Source of the DNA: an uncultured Lachnospiraceae bacterium
Lineage (GTDB): Bacteria > Bacillota > Clostridia > Lachnospirales > Lachnospiraceae
Assembly: GCA_910588285.1 (NCBI GenBank)
Contig: CAJUQB010000014.1
Coordinates: forward strand, 263-64,262
DNA length: 64,000 bases
Reading direction: 5' to 3'
Below are positions 1 to 8,872 of the stretch, one piece after another. Each line of letters begins with the position of its first letter. The first letter of the stretch is position 1. A model generated the notes under the pieces. That model was given only the letters and a program-made list of their open reading frames with translations, did not search any database and was not told the DNA's origin. The position numbers and the translations under genes were made by a program.

Positions 1-78
1 ATGAGCAGTTCCAACAATAAAGAGCATCAATCCTAATGTATATAGAAAAGTCTTTGGAAATATCTTTATTTTCTTCAT
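1..78 (-). CDS. sensor histidine kinase, first 26 codons only (runs off window)
   Basis: The minus-strand ATG at 78..76 overlaps the regulator stop as ATGA. The translation MKKIKIFPKTFLYTLGLMLFIVGTAH looks like a signal anchor/TM1. Identity is inferred only from its position downstream of an OmpR-type regulator. Confidence 0.35.
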   Translation of the reverse strand, partial: MKKIKIFPKTFLYTLGLMLFIVGTAH

Positions 79-740
79 GTATTTACCTCATACTTGTAAC
101 CGATACCTTTAACAGTAACGATACATTCAAGCCGTAGTTTCTTTCGCAAATTTTTAATATAAGTATCGATTGTTCTGTCGATAACCGGATAACGATCGCC
201 CCATAAATCATCCAGTATTTGAGTACGGGTAAGAACCAATCCTTTATGTTCCACAAGCAGCCTTAGCAAATCAATTTCTTTGGGAGTAATATCAATTTTT
301 CCATTATTATCCTTTGCAGAATAACCGGAGAAATCCACAATTACGTCGCCAAATGCGATTGTATTAGGCAATATCCCTTTTCCACTTCTTCTTAAAAGAG
401 CTGTGATACGCCGCCCCAATAAAACCATAGAAAAGGGCTTTGTGATATAGTCATCTGCCTGTTCATCAAAACTTGTAATTTGGGTATATTCATCTTCAAT
501 TGCTGTTAGCATAAGTACAGGAACAGAGCTTTTTTGCCTTATTTCATGCAAAACGGAAAGCCCCGATATTTTAGGGAGCATAATATCAAGCACAACTAAG
601 TCTACATTGCATTCATCAAAAGATTGTAATGCAGCAGCACCATCATACGCTGATATTAGCAGATGTCCTGCTGATTTTAGATACTCGCATATTGCTTCGT
701 TTGTTTTTCGGTCATCTTCAACAATGAGTAATGCCGCCAT
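75..740 (-). CDS. OmpR-family two-component response regulator
   Basis: Receiver motifs are present (LIVEDD, DLVVLDIMLP, LMLTA, KPF) with a C-terminal winged-helix (TVKGIGYKY). The ATG at 740 sits about 9 nt after AGAGG; the track start at 749 is a GTG. Confidence 0.9.
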   Translation of the reverse strand: MAALLIVEDDRKTNEAICEYLKSAGHLLISAYDGAAALQSFDECNVDLVVLDIMLPKISGLSVLHEIRQKSSVPVLMLTAIEDEYTQITSFDEQADDYITKPFSMVLLGRRITALLRRSGKGILPNTIAFGDVIVDFSGYSAKDNNGKIDITPKEIDLLRLLVEHKGLVLTRTQILDDLWGDRYPVIDRTIDTYIKNLRKKLRLECIVTVKGIGYKYEVNT

Positions 741-764
741 ATAAATCACCTCTTTTTAAGCATA

Positions 765-901
765 TCATACGAATGTGGAATGGGTGTGAAATTTTATGTC
801 TAATACGCTCTCAATACGGTTTTCCTTGCATAGTCGCTACACCCAATGAAGCGAACATTCCATATTTCGGCGGCTTTCTGTGTTGTCATATATTCAAACA
901 T
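765..901 (-). pseudogene. frameshifted small HTH (excisionase/MerR-like) gene
   Basis: The minus-strand ATG at 901 gives MFEYMTTQKAAEIWNV..., which stops early. The expected continuation ..RLCKENRIESV.. lies in another frame. The pattern resembles the small HTH proteins of clostridial conjugative elements. Confidence 0.4.
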
Positions 902-1014
902 ATCGGAACCTCTATTGTGTATGGTATATAGTGGAGCGATTGGGGCGAATTGATTCAATGACTCAAATATGAGCTTTTATAAAACTCCCCGAAAAGAAAA
1001 ACGGCAGAATTTTT

Positions 1015-1179
1015 CTACTCTGCCTGCTTGTCGATGTCGGCAAGATAAGCGTTGAGCCTGCCGCTTGTGAGAAGATTGGTATATGTAACCTTGCAGTACT
1101 GCCTCAGATAATCCAGATGAGGCTGTCTCCATGAGCCTATCGGCTGTTCTTCTTCGGCGGATTCAGGTATTATTGCCGG
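1015..1179 (-). pseudogene. TnpV-like gene fragment (mobile-element remnant)
   Basis: A 54-codon open frame lacks a start codon: PAIIPESAEEEQPIGSWRQPHLDYLRQYCKVTYTNLLTSGRLNAYLADIDKQAE*. The core W-x-R-x-x-YL...YT.LL.SG.L..%L.%ID matches my recollection of TnpV of the Tn4451/4453 type, but the frame is truncated at both ends. Confidence 0.5.
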
Positions 1180-1769
1180 TTAATCAAAGTAAAATAATTC
1201 CATGAGTGAGTTTCTTCTAATGCAATAACAATGATTCCCGTCTATTTGTCATTGATATTTGCAGGTGATTGTGCTATCATTATCCACGATACAAATGTTT
1301 TGTTGATGTAATTGTATCAGCGACGGCTCTGGATGTCAATGGGAGGGATGAAAGTGAGACAAACCGCGGAAAATGTATTACCGATGAGCAATAAAGGAAG
1401 AAATAATTATTCGAACGCTGGAAAAGTGATTGTGAGAAAGACAACAGCCTTCCTCTTAGCGCTGTTATTGGGAGGATATTCGAGCATGTTGAGCAACAGA
1501 AAGCTTTTATCATCTTTTGCATGAACGAAGCCTTACTTATTGTTAAAGGATGTCATTTTAGACATGATGGAATTTAAACCAGATTTGCCTGGAAGCGAGG
1601 TTTATGCAAAAGCATTTGCTGCATATAGCCTGTAGGATGGATAGAAGTGTGGTTTCAGAGAGGAATGCAGGAATCTGCAGAGGAAATGAAACAGCTATTC
1701 CAAAGTCAAGAGAAATAATCGGCAGATCATAGAGCATGAGCTTTTTTGAGAGCAGAAGGGAAGGACTGT

Positions 1770-3932
1770 ATGAAAACTATTTTCAAAAATCTCTGGGAAT
1801 ATAAGATCATGGTGCTTGGCATCATTTTTTTATTGGTGATACAGGCATTCTGTGACCTGTCGCTGCCCCAGTATACCTCGGATATTGTGGACATCGGCAT
1901 CCAGCAGAGCGGCATCGAATATGCCGTAATGGAGGAGATGAGTGCCGACACCTACCAGGGGATGGCCTCCATGCTTCTGGCTTATGGAGGACAAGAGGAG
2001 CAGGAGCTGTTTACAGGAAGCTATCAGCAGACGGAAGCAGGGAGCTATGTCCTGAAGGATAAAAGCAGAACCGTCATGGAACAGCTGGACGGGCTGATGG
2101 TGTCCTTCATGCAGAAGATGTACCAGGGGCTTGGAGTTGGAGCCCAGGGTGCAGAGCCGGGGGATAATCCGGCAGGAACAGCAGGGGGCGGGGCAGCAGA
2201 GGGATGGAATGAAGCTCTGATGCGCCAGCAGCTGATCCAGGCCGTGAAAAGCGAGTACCAGGGCCTGGGCTGGGATATGGGACGTTATCAGATGAATTAT
2301 CTGTTGAAAACCGGGACAAAAATGCTGGGGATCACCCTGGTGATGATGGCTGCGGCCATCCTGGCGGGATTATTGGCTTCCTATGCAGCGGCCGGCGTGG
2401 GCAGGAACTTAAGAAGCAGGATCTTCAAAAAGGTCATTTCCTTCTCACAGGGGGAGATGGACCAGTTCTCCACGGCTTCCCTGATTACTCGCAGCACCAA
2501 TGATGTTCAGCAGATTCAGATGGTGTCGGTAATGCTGCTGAGAATGGTGTTGTATGCGCCGATTTTAGGGATTGGCGGCGTGGCAAAGGTGCTGACTACC
2601 CGTACAGGCATGGGTTGGGTGATCGCCCTGGCGGTGGGAACCATCAGCGTTCTTGTGGTGGCAGTCATGGCAGTGGCTATGCCGAAATTTAAGAAAATGC
2701 AGAAGCTGGTGGACCGTCTCAACCTGGTATCCAGAGAGATTTTGACAGGAATTCCTGTGATCCGGGCATTTTCCAGGGAGAAGCATGAGGAGGGCCGGTT
2801 TGCAGAGGCAAACCGCAATCTGATGAAGACGCAGCTGTTTACCAATCGGGTTATGGCAATTATGATGCCGGCCATGATGCTGATTATGAATGGCATTACA
2901 GTGCTGATTGTCTGGGTGGGAGCGCATGGAATCGAGCTTGGCAGCCTGCAGGTGGGGGATATGATGGCATTTATCACCTATACCATGCAGATCGTCATGT
3001 CCTTTTTGATGATTACCATGATTTCCGTGATGCTGCCCAGAGCAGGGGTGGCGGCCAACCGGATCCAGGAGGTGCTGGATGTGGATCCTAAGATCCAGGA
3101 TCCCCGGCGGGCGGAGGATGAGAAGCTTTCAGACTGCAGGGGCGTGCTGGAATTTCAGGATGTCTGTTTTCGGTATCCGGGGGCGGATGAGGATGCCCTG
3201 GAGCATATTTCCTTTACCGCCCAGCCCGGAAAAACCACAGCGATCATCGGAAGCACAGGCTGCGGCAAATCCACGCTGCTGCATCTGATTCCGCGGTTCT
3301 ATGATGTGACATCAGGCTCCATTACCCTGGACGGCATAGATATCCGCATGCTCTCCCAGAAAAAGCTTCGGGAGCAGCTTGGTTTTGTGCCGCAGAAGGC
3401 AGTGCTGTTTTCCGGCAATATTGCCTCAAATGTGAAGTTTGCAGGGGAAGGGATCAGCGACGAGCGGATGCAGGAGGCTGCACAGATTGCCCAGGCCATG
3501 GAGTTTATCAGCCAGAAGGAGGATGGCTTTTTAGATGCCATCGCCCAGGGAGGAACCAATGTGTCCGGCGGGCAGAAGCAGCGGCTATCCATTGCTAGGG
3601 CCATTGCAAAGCACCCGCGGATTTTCCTTTTTGACGACAGCTTTTCCGCATTGGATTACAAGACGGACGCATTGCTTCGCCAGGAGCTTCACAGGCGGCT
3701 TTCCGATGCCGCGATTTTGATTGTAGCTCAGCGGATCAGCACGATTCTCCACGCAGATCAGATACTTGTGCTGGAGGAGGGGCGGATTGTCGGAATGGGA
3801 ACCCACCGGCAGCTGCTGGAATCCTGCGAGACTTATCAGGAAATCGCAAAATCTCAGCTGTCGGAGGCAGAGCTTTCCGGGAGCAGCCGGGAGCATATGG
3901 ACAGTGAGGATGGAGGTGCAGACCATGAGTAG
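1770..3932 (+). CDS. ABC exporter permease/ATPase, degenerate-site subunit of a heterodimer
   Basis: It has six TM segments plus an NBD. Walker A is GSTGCGKST and the signature is VSGGQ. Walker B is FLFDDS (Asp in place of the catalytic Glu) and the switch loop is VAQRIS (Gln in place of His). I chose the start at MKTIFKNLW. Confidence 0.9.
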   Translation: MKTIFKNLWEYKIMVLGIIFLLVIQAFCDLSLPQYTSDIVDIGIQQSGIEYAVMEEMSADTYQGMASMLLAYGGQEEQELFTGSYQQTEAGSYVLKDKSRTVMEQLDGLMVSFMQKMYQGLGVGAQGAEPGDNPAGTAGGGAAEGWNEALMRQQLIQAVKSEYQGLGWDMGRYQMNYLLKTGTKMLGITLVMMAAAILAGLLASYAAAGVGRNLRSRIFKKVISFSQGEMDQFSTASLITRSTNDVQQIQMVSVMLLRMVLYAPILGIGGVAKVLTTRTGMGWVIALAVGTISVLVVAVMAVAMPKFKKMQKLVDRLNLVSREILTGIPVIRAFSREKHEEGRFAEANRNLMKTQLFTNRVMAIMMPAMMLIMNGITVLIVWVGAHGIELGSLQVGDMMAFITYTMQIVMSFLMITMISVMLPRAGVAANRIQEVLDVDPKIQDPRRAEDEKLSDCRGVLEFQDVCFRYPGADEDALEHISFTAQPGKTTAIIGSTGCGKSTLLHLIPRFYDVTSGSITLDGIDIRMLSQKKLREQLGFVPQKAVLFSGNIASNVKFAGEGISDERMQEAAQIAQAMEFISQKEDGFLDAIAQGGTNVSGGQKQRLSIARAIAKHPRIFLFDDSFSALDYKTDALLRQELHRRLSDAAILIVAQRISTILHADQILVLEEGRIVGMGTHRQLLESCETYQEIAKSQLSEAELSGSSREHMDSEDGGADHE

Positions 3933-5775
3933 AGACAACAGAAGCGCACATTCGCCCCGCAGGGGCCCCCATGGGCCGGGAGCAGGAATGATGCCTGGGG
4001 AAAAGGCAAAGGATTTTAAAGGGACCTTCCGTAAGCTCCTGGGATATCTTGGGCGGTATAAGATCGGGATCCTGGCAGTGGGTGTCTTGGCGGCGGGAGG
4101 AACCTTGTTTAACATCCTGGGGCCCAAGCTTTTGGGAAAGGCTACCACGGAGATTTTTACAGGTCTTGTGAGCAGGGTGTCTGGCCAGGGCGGCATTGAT
4201 TTTACGAAAATCGGCCAGATTCTGCTGCTCCTGCTGGGGCTGTATGGATTGGCGGCATTGCTTACCTTTATCCAGGGACTTCTGATGACAGGCATCATCC
4301 AGAAGATCTGCTATCGGTTTCGAGAGGATATCTCCGGAAAAATCAACCGGATGCCCATGAAATATTTTGAATCCAGGACTGTGGGAGAGGTACTGTCTCG
4401 TATTACCAATGATGTAGATACCCTGGGCCAGGGCCTAAGCCAGAGTGTAACCCAGCTGATCAGCGCAGTGACGACCCTGGTGGGAATCCTGGTTATGATG
4501 CTGACCATCAGCCCGCTGATGACCCTGATTGCCCTTGTGATCCTGCCAATTTCCGGAGCGCTGATCGGCTTTGTGGTAAAGAAGTCTCAGCGGCATTTTG
4601 TGAATCAGCAGAGATATCTGGGAGAGGTCAACGGGCAGGTGGAGGAGGTATTCAGCGGCCAGAATATTGTGAAGGCCTTCAACAAGGAGGCAGATATGGA
4701 GGCAGAGTTTGAACGGACCAATAACATCCTTTTTCAATCTGCATGGAAATCCCAGTTCCTGTCCGGGCTGATGATGCCGATTATGAATTTTGTGGGAAAT
4801 CTTGGCTATGTGGCAGTGGCAGTTGTGGGCGGTGTGCTGACCGTGCAGGGCAGGATCCAGGTGGGGGATATTCAGTCCTTCATTCAGTATGTGAAGAATT
4901 TCACACAGCCTATCATCCAGGTGGCACAGGTATCGAATATGCTCCAGTCCACAGCAGCGGCAGCGGAGCGGGTCTTTGAGTTCCTGGATGAGGAAGAGGA
5001 GGATTTTGTGGTGGAGCGCCCCACGCGTCTTTCGGAAATGAAGGGGGCAGTGGCCTTTTCCCACGTTCAGTTTGGATACGATCCGGAAAAAATCATCATT
5101 CACGATTTCAACTGCCAAGTACAGCCGGGACAGACCGTGGCCATCGTAGGCCCAACCGGGGCCGGGAAAACTACCATGGTGAAGCTGCTGATGCGTTTTT
5201 ATGATGTGAATCAAGGGGAGATCCTGGTGGATGGCCATGACATCAGAAGCTTTAACCGCAGTGAGCTGCGGGAGAATTTCGGCATGGTGCTGCAGGATAC
5301 CTGGCTGTTTGCGGGAACTATAATGGAAAATATTCGTTACGGAAGGCTGGATGCCACGGACGAGGAGGTCATCGCGGCGGCAAAGGCAGCGTATGCCCAC
5401 CATTTTATCCAGACCCTGCCCGGCGGCTACCAGATGGAGCTGAATGAGGATGCCAGCAATGTGTCCCAGGGGCAGAAGCAGCTTCTGACCATCGCCAGGG
5501 CTATTTTGGCGGATAATCCGATCCTGATTCTGGATGAGGCCACAAGCTCTGTGGATACCAGGACAGAGAGCCGGATCCAGAAGGCCATGAATAATCTGAT
5601 GAAGGGCAGAACCAGCTTTGTGATTGCCCACCGCTTATCCACCATCAAGGATGCGGACGTGATCCTTGTGATGAAGGATGGCGATATCATAGAGCAGGGC
5701 AGCCACCAGGAGCTTTTGGCAGCAAAGGGATTTTATGCATCCTTGTATCATTCACAGTTTGAAGAGGCAGGTTAA
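3925..5775 (+). CDS. ABC exporter permease/ATPase, consensus-site subunit
   Basis: The ATG at 3925 overlaps the upstream stop by 8 nt. Walker A is GPTGAGKTT, Walker B is ILILDEAT and the switch is IAHRLS. Its signature is degenerate (VSQGQ), complementary to the partner subunit. Confidence 0.9.
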   Translation: MSRDNRSAHSPRRGPHGPGAGMMPGEKAKDFKGTFRKLLGYLGRYKIGILAVGVLAAGGTLFNILGPKLLGKATTEIFTGLVSRVSGQGGIDFTKIGQILLLLLGLYGLAALLTFIQGLLMTGIIQKICYRFREDISGKINRMPMKYFESRTVGEVLSRITNDVDTLGQGLSQSVTQLISAVTTLVGILVMMLTISPLMTLIALVILPISGALIGFVVKKSQRHFVNQQRYLGEVNGQVEEVFSGQNIVKAFNKEADMEAEFERTNNILFQSAWKSQFLSGLMMPIMNFVGNLGYVAVAVVGGVLTVQGRIQVGDIQSFIQYVKNFTQPIIQVAQVSNMLQSTAAAAERVFEFLDEEEEDFVVERPTRLSEMKGAVAFSHVQFGYDPEKIIIHDFNCQVQPGQTVAIVGPTGAGKTTMVKLLMRFYDVNQGEILVDGHDIRSFNRSELRENFGMVLQDTWLFAGTIMENIRYGRLDATDEEVIAAAKAAYAHHFIQTLPGGYQMELNEDASNVSQGQKQLLTIARAILADNPILILDEATSSVDTRTESRIQKAMNNLMKGRTSFVIAHRLSTIKDADVILVMKDGDIIEQGSHQELLAAKGFYASLYHSQFEEAG

Positions 5776-5790
5776 AAGGAGAAAAAAGAT

Positions 5791-6891
5791 ATGAGATATC
5801 CAAAGCATTTACCGGAAAATGGAACCATTGGCTTTGTGGCACCATCCTTTGGCTGCGCCATTGAGCCCTACCGAACCGCATTTGAAAATGCCCAGAGGCG
5901 GTTTGCGGCACTGGGCCATAAGCTGGACCTGGGGCCCAACTGCTATGAGGGCAGGGGGATCGGCATCAGCAATACGCCGAAGGCCTGCGGAGAGGAGCTG
6001 ACAGCCTATTACTGCAGTCCGGAAAATGACGTGCTGATTTCCTGCGGAGGCGGGGAATTGATGTGTGAGATTTTACCATATATGGAGTTTGACAAAATCC
6101 GGCAGGCAGAGCCAAAATGGTATATGGGCTATTCCGACAATACCAACATGACCTTCCTGCTGGCCACCCTGTGCGATACAGCCTCCATCTACGGCCCCTG
6201 CGCCGCAGCCTTTGGCATGGAGCCCTGGCATGAGAGCTTACAGGATGCCTACGATCTGCTGCGGGGAACAAAGGATGCGGTCTGCGGCTACGGGCTGTAT
6301 GAGAAGGAAAGCCAGAAGGATGAGGAGCACCCTCTGCTTCCCTACCATGTGACAGAGCCTCGCCGGACAATGGTCTGCCTGCCGGGAAGCGGCCTTCAGA
6401 TGGCAGAGGCCGGTGCTGTGCATCCCACTGCCGCAGCAAAGTATCAGGGCGGCGGGGAGGATGTAAGCCTGGCGCTGGAAGGAAGGCTTCTGGGGGGCTG
6501 CATGGACTGCCTGGTAAATCTGCTGGGAACAGAATATGACCATACGAAAGCATTTGCGGAGAAATATCAGAGGGATGGGATTCTGTGGTTCCTGGAGGCC
6601 TGTGACCTGAATGTCATGGCGATCCGCAGGGCCATCTGGCAGATGAAGCATGCCGGCTGGTTTTCTCATGTAAAGGGATTCCTGCTTGGACGGCCCTATG
6701 TACACGGTCAGGAGCTGATGGGGCTGGACCAGTATCATGCGGTGGTGGATCTGCTGGAGGAATATGAGGTGCCGATTCTCCTGGATCTGGATTTGGGCCA
6801 TGTAGCGCCTATGATGCCCCTGGTCTGCGGAAGCTATGCAAGGGTGCAGATGAAGGGGAATGAAATTTCTGTAAAAATGGAGCAGCGGTAA
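5791..6891 (+). CDS. S66-family LD-carboxypeptidase (MccF-like)
   Basis: The N-terminus GTIGFVAPSF and the nucleophile motif GYSDNTN fit the family, and the C-terminal His region (DLDLGHV) is typical of the LdcA/MccF fold. It starts 15 nt after the ABC pair. Confidence 0.8.
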   Translation: MRYPKHLPENGTIGFVAPSFGCAIEPYRTAFENAQRRFAALGHKLDLGPNCYEGRGIGISNTPKACGEELTAYYCSPENDVLISCGGGELMCEILPYMEFDKIRQAEPKWYMGYSDNTNMTFLLATLCDTASIYGPCAAAFGMEPWHESLQDAYDLLRGTKDAVCGYGLYEKESQKDEEHPLLPYHVTEPRRTMVCLPGSGLQMAEAGAVHPTAAAKYQGGGEDVSLALEGRLLGGCMDCLVNLLGTEYDHTKAFAEKYQRDGILWFLEACDLNVMAIRRAIWQMKHAGWFSHVKGFLLGRPYVHGQELMGLDQYHAVVDLLEEYEVPILLDLDLGHVAPMMPLVCGSYARVQMKGNEISVKMEQR

Positions 6892-6904
6892 GCTGCTCCA
6901 TTTT
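6873..6904. terminator. bidirectional intrinsic terminator hairpin
   Basis: aaaatggagcagc-ggta-agctgctccatttt spans the stop codon of the peptidase gene and lies between convergent genes. Confidence 0.6.
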
Positions 6905-6932
6905 GGGCGTTGGCCGATGGCTGCGGAAATCA

Positions 6933-7466
6933 TTAAAAATCAATATCCTTGTTCAGAAAACGATCCCATTCCTGGAGATTATCTCTGCCGCCAATGGTGA
7001 GGAGGAAGGTATGATCCTCGCTGTCTATGGAAATTTTGTAAATACGATAGTTTTCTTCAGTTTCTCTTTTTTCAGTTTCCTTTTCGTTTGTTTCCGTTGT
7101 TTCTGCTGTCTCATTGCTTGCAGGTATCTCTTCTATGGAATAGACAGTACAGTCGCAAAGCGCTCGAAGCCCCTCCATGTATTCCTGGGGCGTAAGGACC
7201 CGGTCCGCCACCTGCTGCCGGAGCGTTCCGTTGGCATCATAGACCCGGTAGCCCTCCTCCACAAGGGACAGCAGGGAGCCGTCGCAGATGGTAAAATGAA
7301 GCTGGTTGGCACGCATCTGGCGGATATCCCGATTGCGGGAATTCTCCGGCAGGATAGTGACATTGTCCAGGATCAGATAAAAGCTTCCGGGGGTGACGCC
7401 AGCCTCGGCGATATGGGCCTCCTCAAAGAGGAAATGATTCAGTTCGTTGATTGTCTTATATTTCAT
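6933..7466 (-). CDS. hypothetical protein (177 aa) with acidic T/E-rich internal linker
   Basis: An AAGGAAG RBS lies 7 nt before the ATG at 7466. I recognise no family. The linker is ETAETTETNEKETEKRETEEN. Confidence 0.6.
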   Translation of the reverse strand: MKYKTINELNHFLFEEAHIAEAGVTPGSFYLILDNVTILPENSRNRDIRQMRANQLHFTICDGSLLSLVEEGYRVYDANGTLRQQVADRVLTPQEYMEGLRALCDCTVYSIEEIPASNETAETTETNEKETEKRETEENYRIYKISIDSEDHTFLLTIGGRDNLQEWDRFLNKDIDF

Positions 7467-7555
7467 GGCTGCACTTCCTTTTGGTCTCGATTTTTTTGCG
7501 CGTATTTGAATAAATTTTCAACCATGCTTTAGTTTATCATAGGGAAGAGGACCTT

Positions 7556-8224
7556 TCAACCGGTTTTTTGAATCGCTGCCGGACGAGTCATAAGGAGAGC
7601 CCCAAGGGCCAGCGGAATACACAGCAGCGTGGAATATTTTCCGGTGAGCAGATGGGAGAGGAAGGAAAAGGCTACCCCCAGGTGATACCAGATCAGAGAG
7701 GCGGCAAAAAATTTTCCGCGGTATAGCTTCTGGATGTTATGCTTCCCCTCCAGATAGTATTCTGCAAAGGATATGGTCATCTGCTTCAGGTTGTTGGTGG
7801 AAAAAATAGTGGAGCCGCTGTAGTCTCCCACGCCATGGAAGGCAGTCCACTGGGTGGCCATCATAAAAAACAGAGGCAGAAGGTACAGGATCAAGTTCTG
7901 TCCGGGGGGAAGGAAGCAGACCAGGACCATTCCCAGAAGGTCAACAAGGATGGCGTACCGCTGGGCATTGAGCCGTGTTTTCTTCTGGATCAGAATGCAC
8001 AGGAGGATGCCCAGCACATAGAGGAGCAAGCCACACACACGCAGCAGGCCTTCCAGCAGGTTCCCGCCCAGCAGGCAGAGTACAGTTTCGATCAGGTTGC
8101 CGGTCTGGGCAGAGCCAAACATGTGGGCAGAGCCAAGGATAGCGTACGCGCCGATAAATCCGCCGATGGCGCACATGATCCTATGTAAATAGAGCTGTTG
8201 TTTTTCATAATTCATATGCTGCAT
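7556..8224 (-). CDS. YoaK/DUF1275-family membrane protein
   Basis: It is a polytopic membrane protein with the family-typical N-terminus (..GGFIGAYAIL...FGSAQTGN) and an AAAGGAG RBS. Confidence 0.75.
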   Translation of the reverse strand: MQHMNYEKQQLYLHRIMCAIGGFIGAYAILGSAHMFGSAQTGNLIETVLCLLGGNLLEGLLRVCGLLLYVLGILLCILIQKKTRLNAQRYAILVDLLGMVLVCFLPPGQNLILYLLPLFFMMATQWTAFHGVGDYSGSTIFSTNNLKQMTISFAEYYLEGKHNIQKLYRGKFFAASLIWYHLGVAFSFLSHLLTGKYSTLLCIPLALGALLMTRPAAIQKTG

Positions 8225-8324
8225 GTTCTCCTTTGCATTTTCGTATGTTCAATTTTTTATCATAACACGTTTTCCATGGAATGAAAACAAAAAAAGTAGA
8301 AAGAATTATTTTAATAAAAACATC

Positions 8325-8353
8325 TTGACAGATACCCTGCGGGGGTATATAAT
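8325..8353 (+). promoter_or_regulatory. sigma-A-type promoter of csoR-copA
   Basis: TTGACA (8325-8330), a 17-nt spacer, then TATAAT (8348-8353). Confidence 0.55.
8332..8348. promoter_or_regulatory. CsoR operator 1 (ATACCCTGCGGGGGTAT)
   Basis: This is a GC-core pseudo-palindrome of the TACCC-N-GGGGGTA type described for Firmicute CsoR operators. It sits in the promoter spacer. Confidence 0.65.
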
Positions 8354-8363
8354 ACAGGAGTAG

Positions 8364-8380
8364 ATACCCGCAGGGGGTAT
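8364..8380. promoter_or_regulatory. CsoR operator 2 (ATACCCGCAGGGGGTAT)
   Basis: A second near-identical palindrome lies just downstream of the -10 element. Confidence 0.65.
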
Positions 8381-8468
8381 AATGATGGCAGAGTGTGAGA
8401 CAGGGGAATACGCAGATTTGAATGGGAAGCATGCGTTTATCTCCATAGAAAACAGGAGGATTGGTGGA

Positions 8469-8783
8469 ATGGAACGGGAAATTTGTGAATGCTGTGAGAC
8501 TTGTGCCATGCATAAGGAGCGGTCGGAAAAGGAGTACAGGGATCTGATGAACCGGCTGAAGCGGATCGAGGGGCAGGTACGGGGGCTTCAGGGAATGCTG
8601 GAGCGGGATGCGTACTGTATGGATATCATGGTTCAGGTGTCCGCAGTGAATGCGGCGCTGAACAGCTTCAATAAGGTCCTTTTGGCTAATCACCTGGAAA
8701 CCTGTGTGAAGGAGAATATCCGCAAGGGCAACGATGTGGTGATTGAGGAGCTGGTACAGGCTCTGCCCAAGCTGATGAAGTGA
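8469..8783 (+). CDS. csoR: copper-sensing repressor CsoR
   Basis: The core RLKRIEGQVRGLQGML...YCMDI...HLETC carries the C-H-C ligand pattern. AGGAGG lies 9 nt before the ATG at 8469, so I prefer this start to the track start at 8382. The N-terminal tail is Cys-rich (MEREICECCETC). Confidence 0.85.
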   Translation: MEREICECCETCAMHKERSEKEYRDLMNRLKRIEGQVRGLQGMLERDAYCMDIMVQVSAVNAALNSFNKVLLANHLETCVKENIRKGNDVVIEELVQALPKLMK

Positions 8784-8872
8784 GGTGGCAGGAAGTGCTA
8801 CTTAGAAGCCGGAGGGCAGAAGCTAGAGGCCGGAGGGCAGATATTAGAAGCAAAGAGAAAGGAAGTGGCAGG

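Noticed and set aside
731-931. A 66-aa plus-strand ORF, and the 1280-1524 ORF pair.
   Set aside because: The first is antisense to the frameshifted HTH remnant. The others lie in the eroded AT-rich region without an RBS or recognisable features.
4435-5631. A 398-aa minus-strand ORF, along with similar long antisense ORFs at 9667-10680, 21360-22319, 43538-44356, 53544-54455, 58805-60163 and 61951-63042.
   Set aside because: Each lies entirely antisense to a gene with unambiguous family motifs. Their translations are His/Arg/Pro/Gly/Leu-rich with no recognisable domains or RBS. This is the expected stop-codon depletion opposite GC-rich coding sequence.
8780-8872. An N-terminal extension of copA (MRWQEVLLRSRRAEARG...), and analogous upstream extensions of csoR (8382), groES (13078), argG (19482), comEA (25370), the RR (26296), the HK (27003), holA (32090), lepA (38503), hemW (40287), rsmE (52665), the U32 peptidase (61858) and RNase J (58739).
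   Set aside because: These extensions lack an RBS, overlap the preceding gene or terminator, and precede a canonical family N-terminus that has a well-spaced Shine-Dalgarno sequence.
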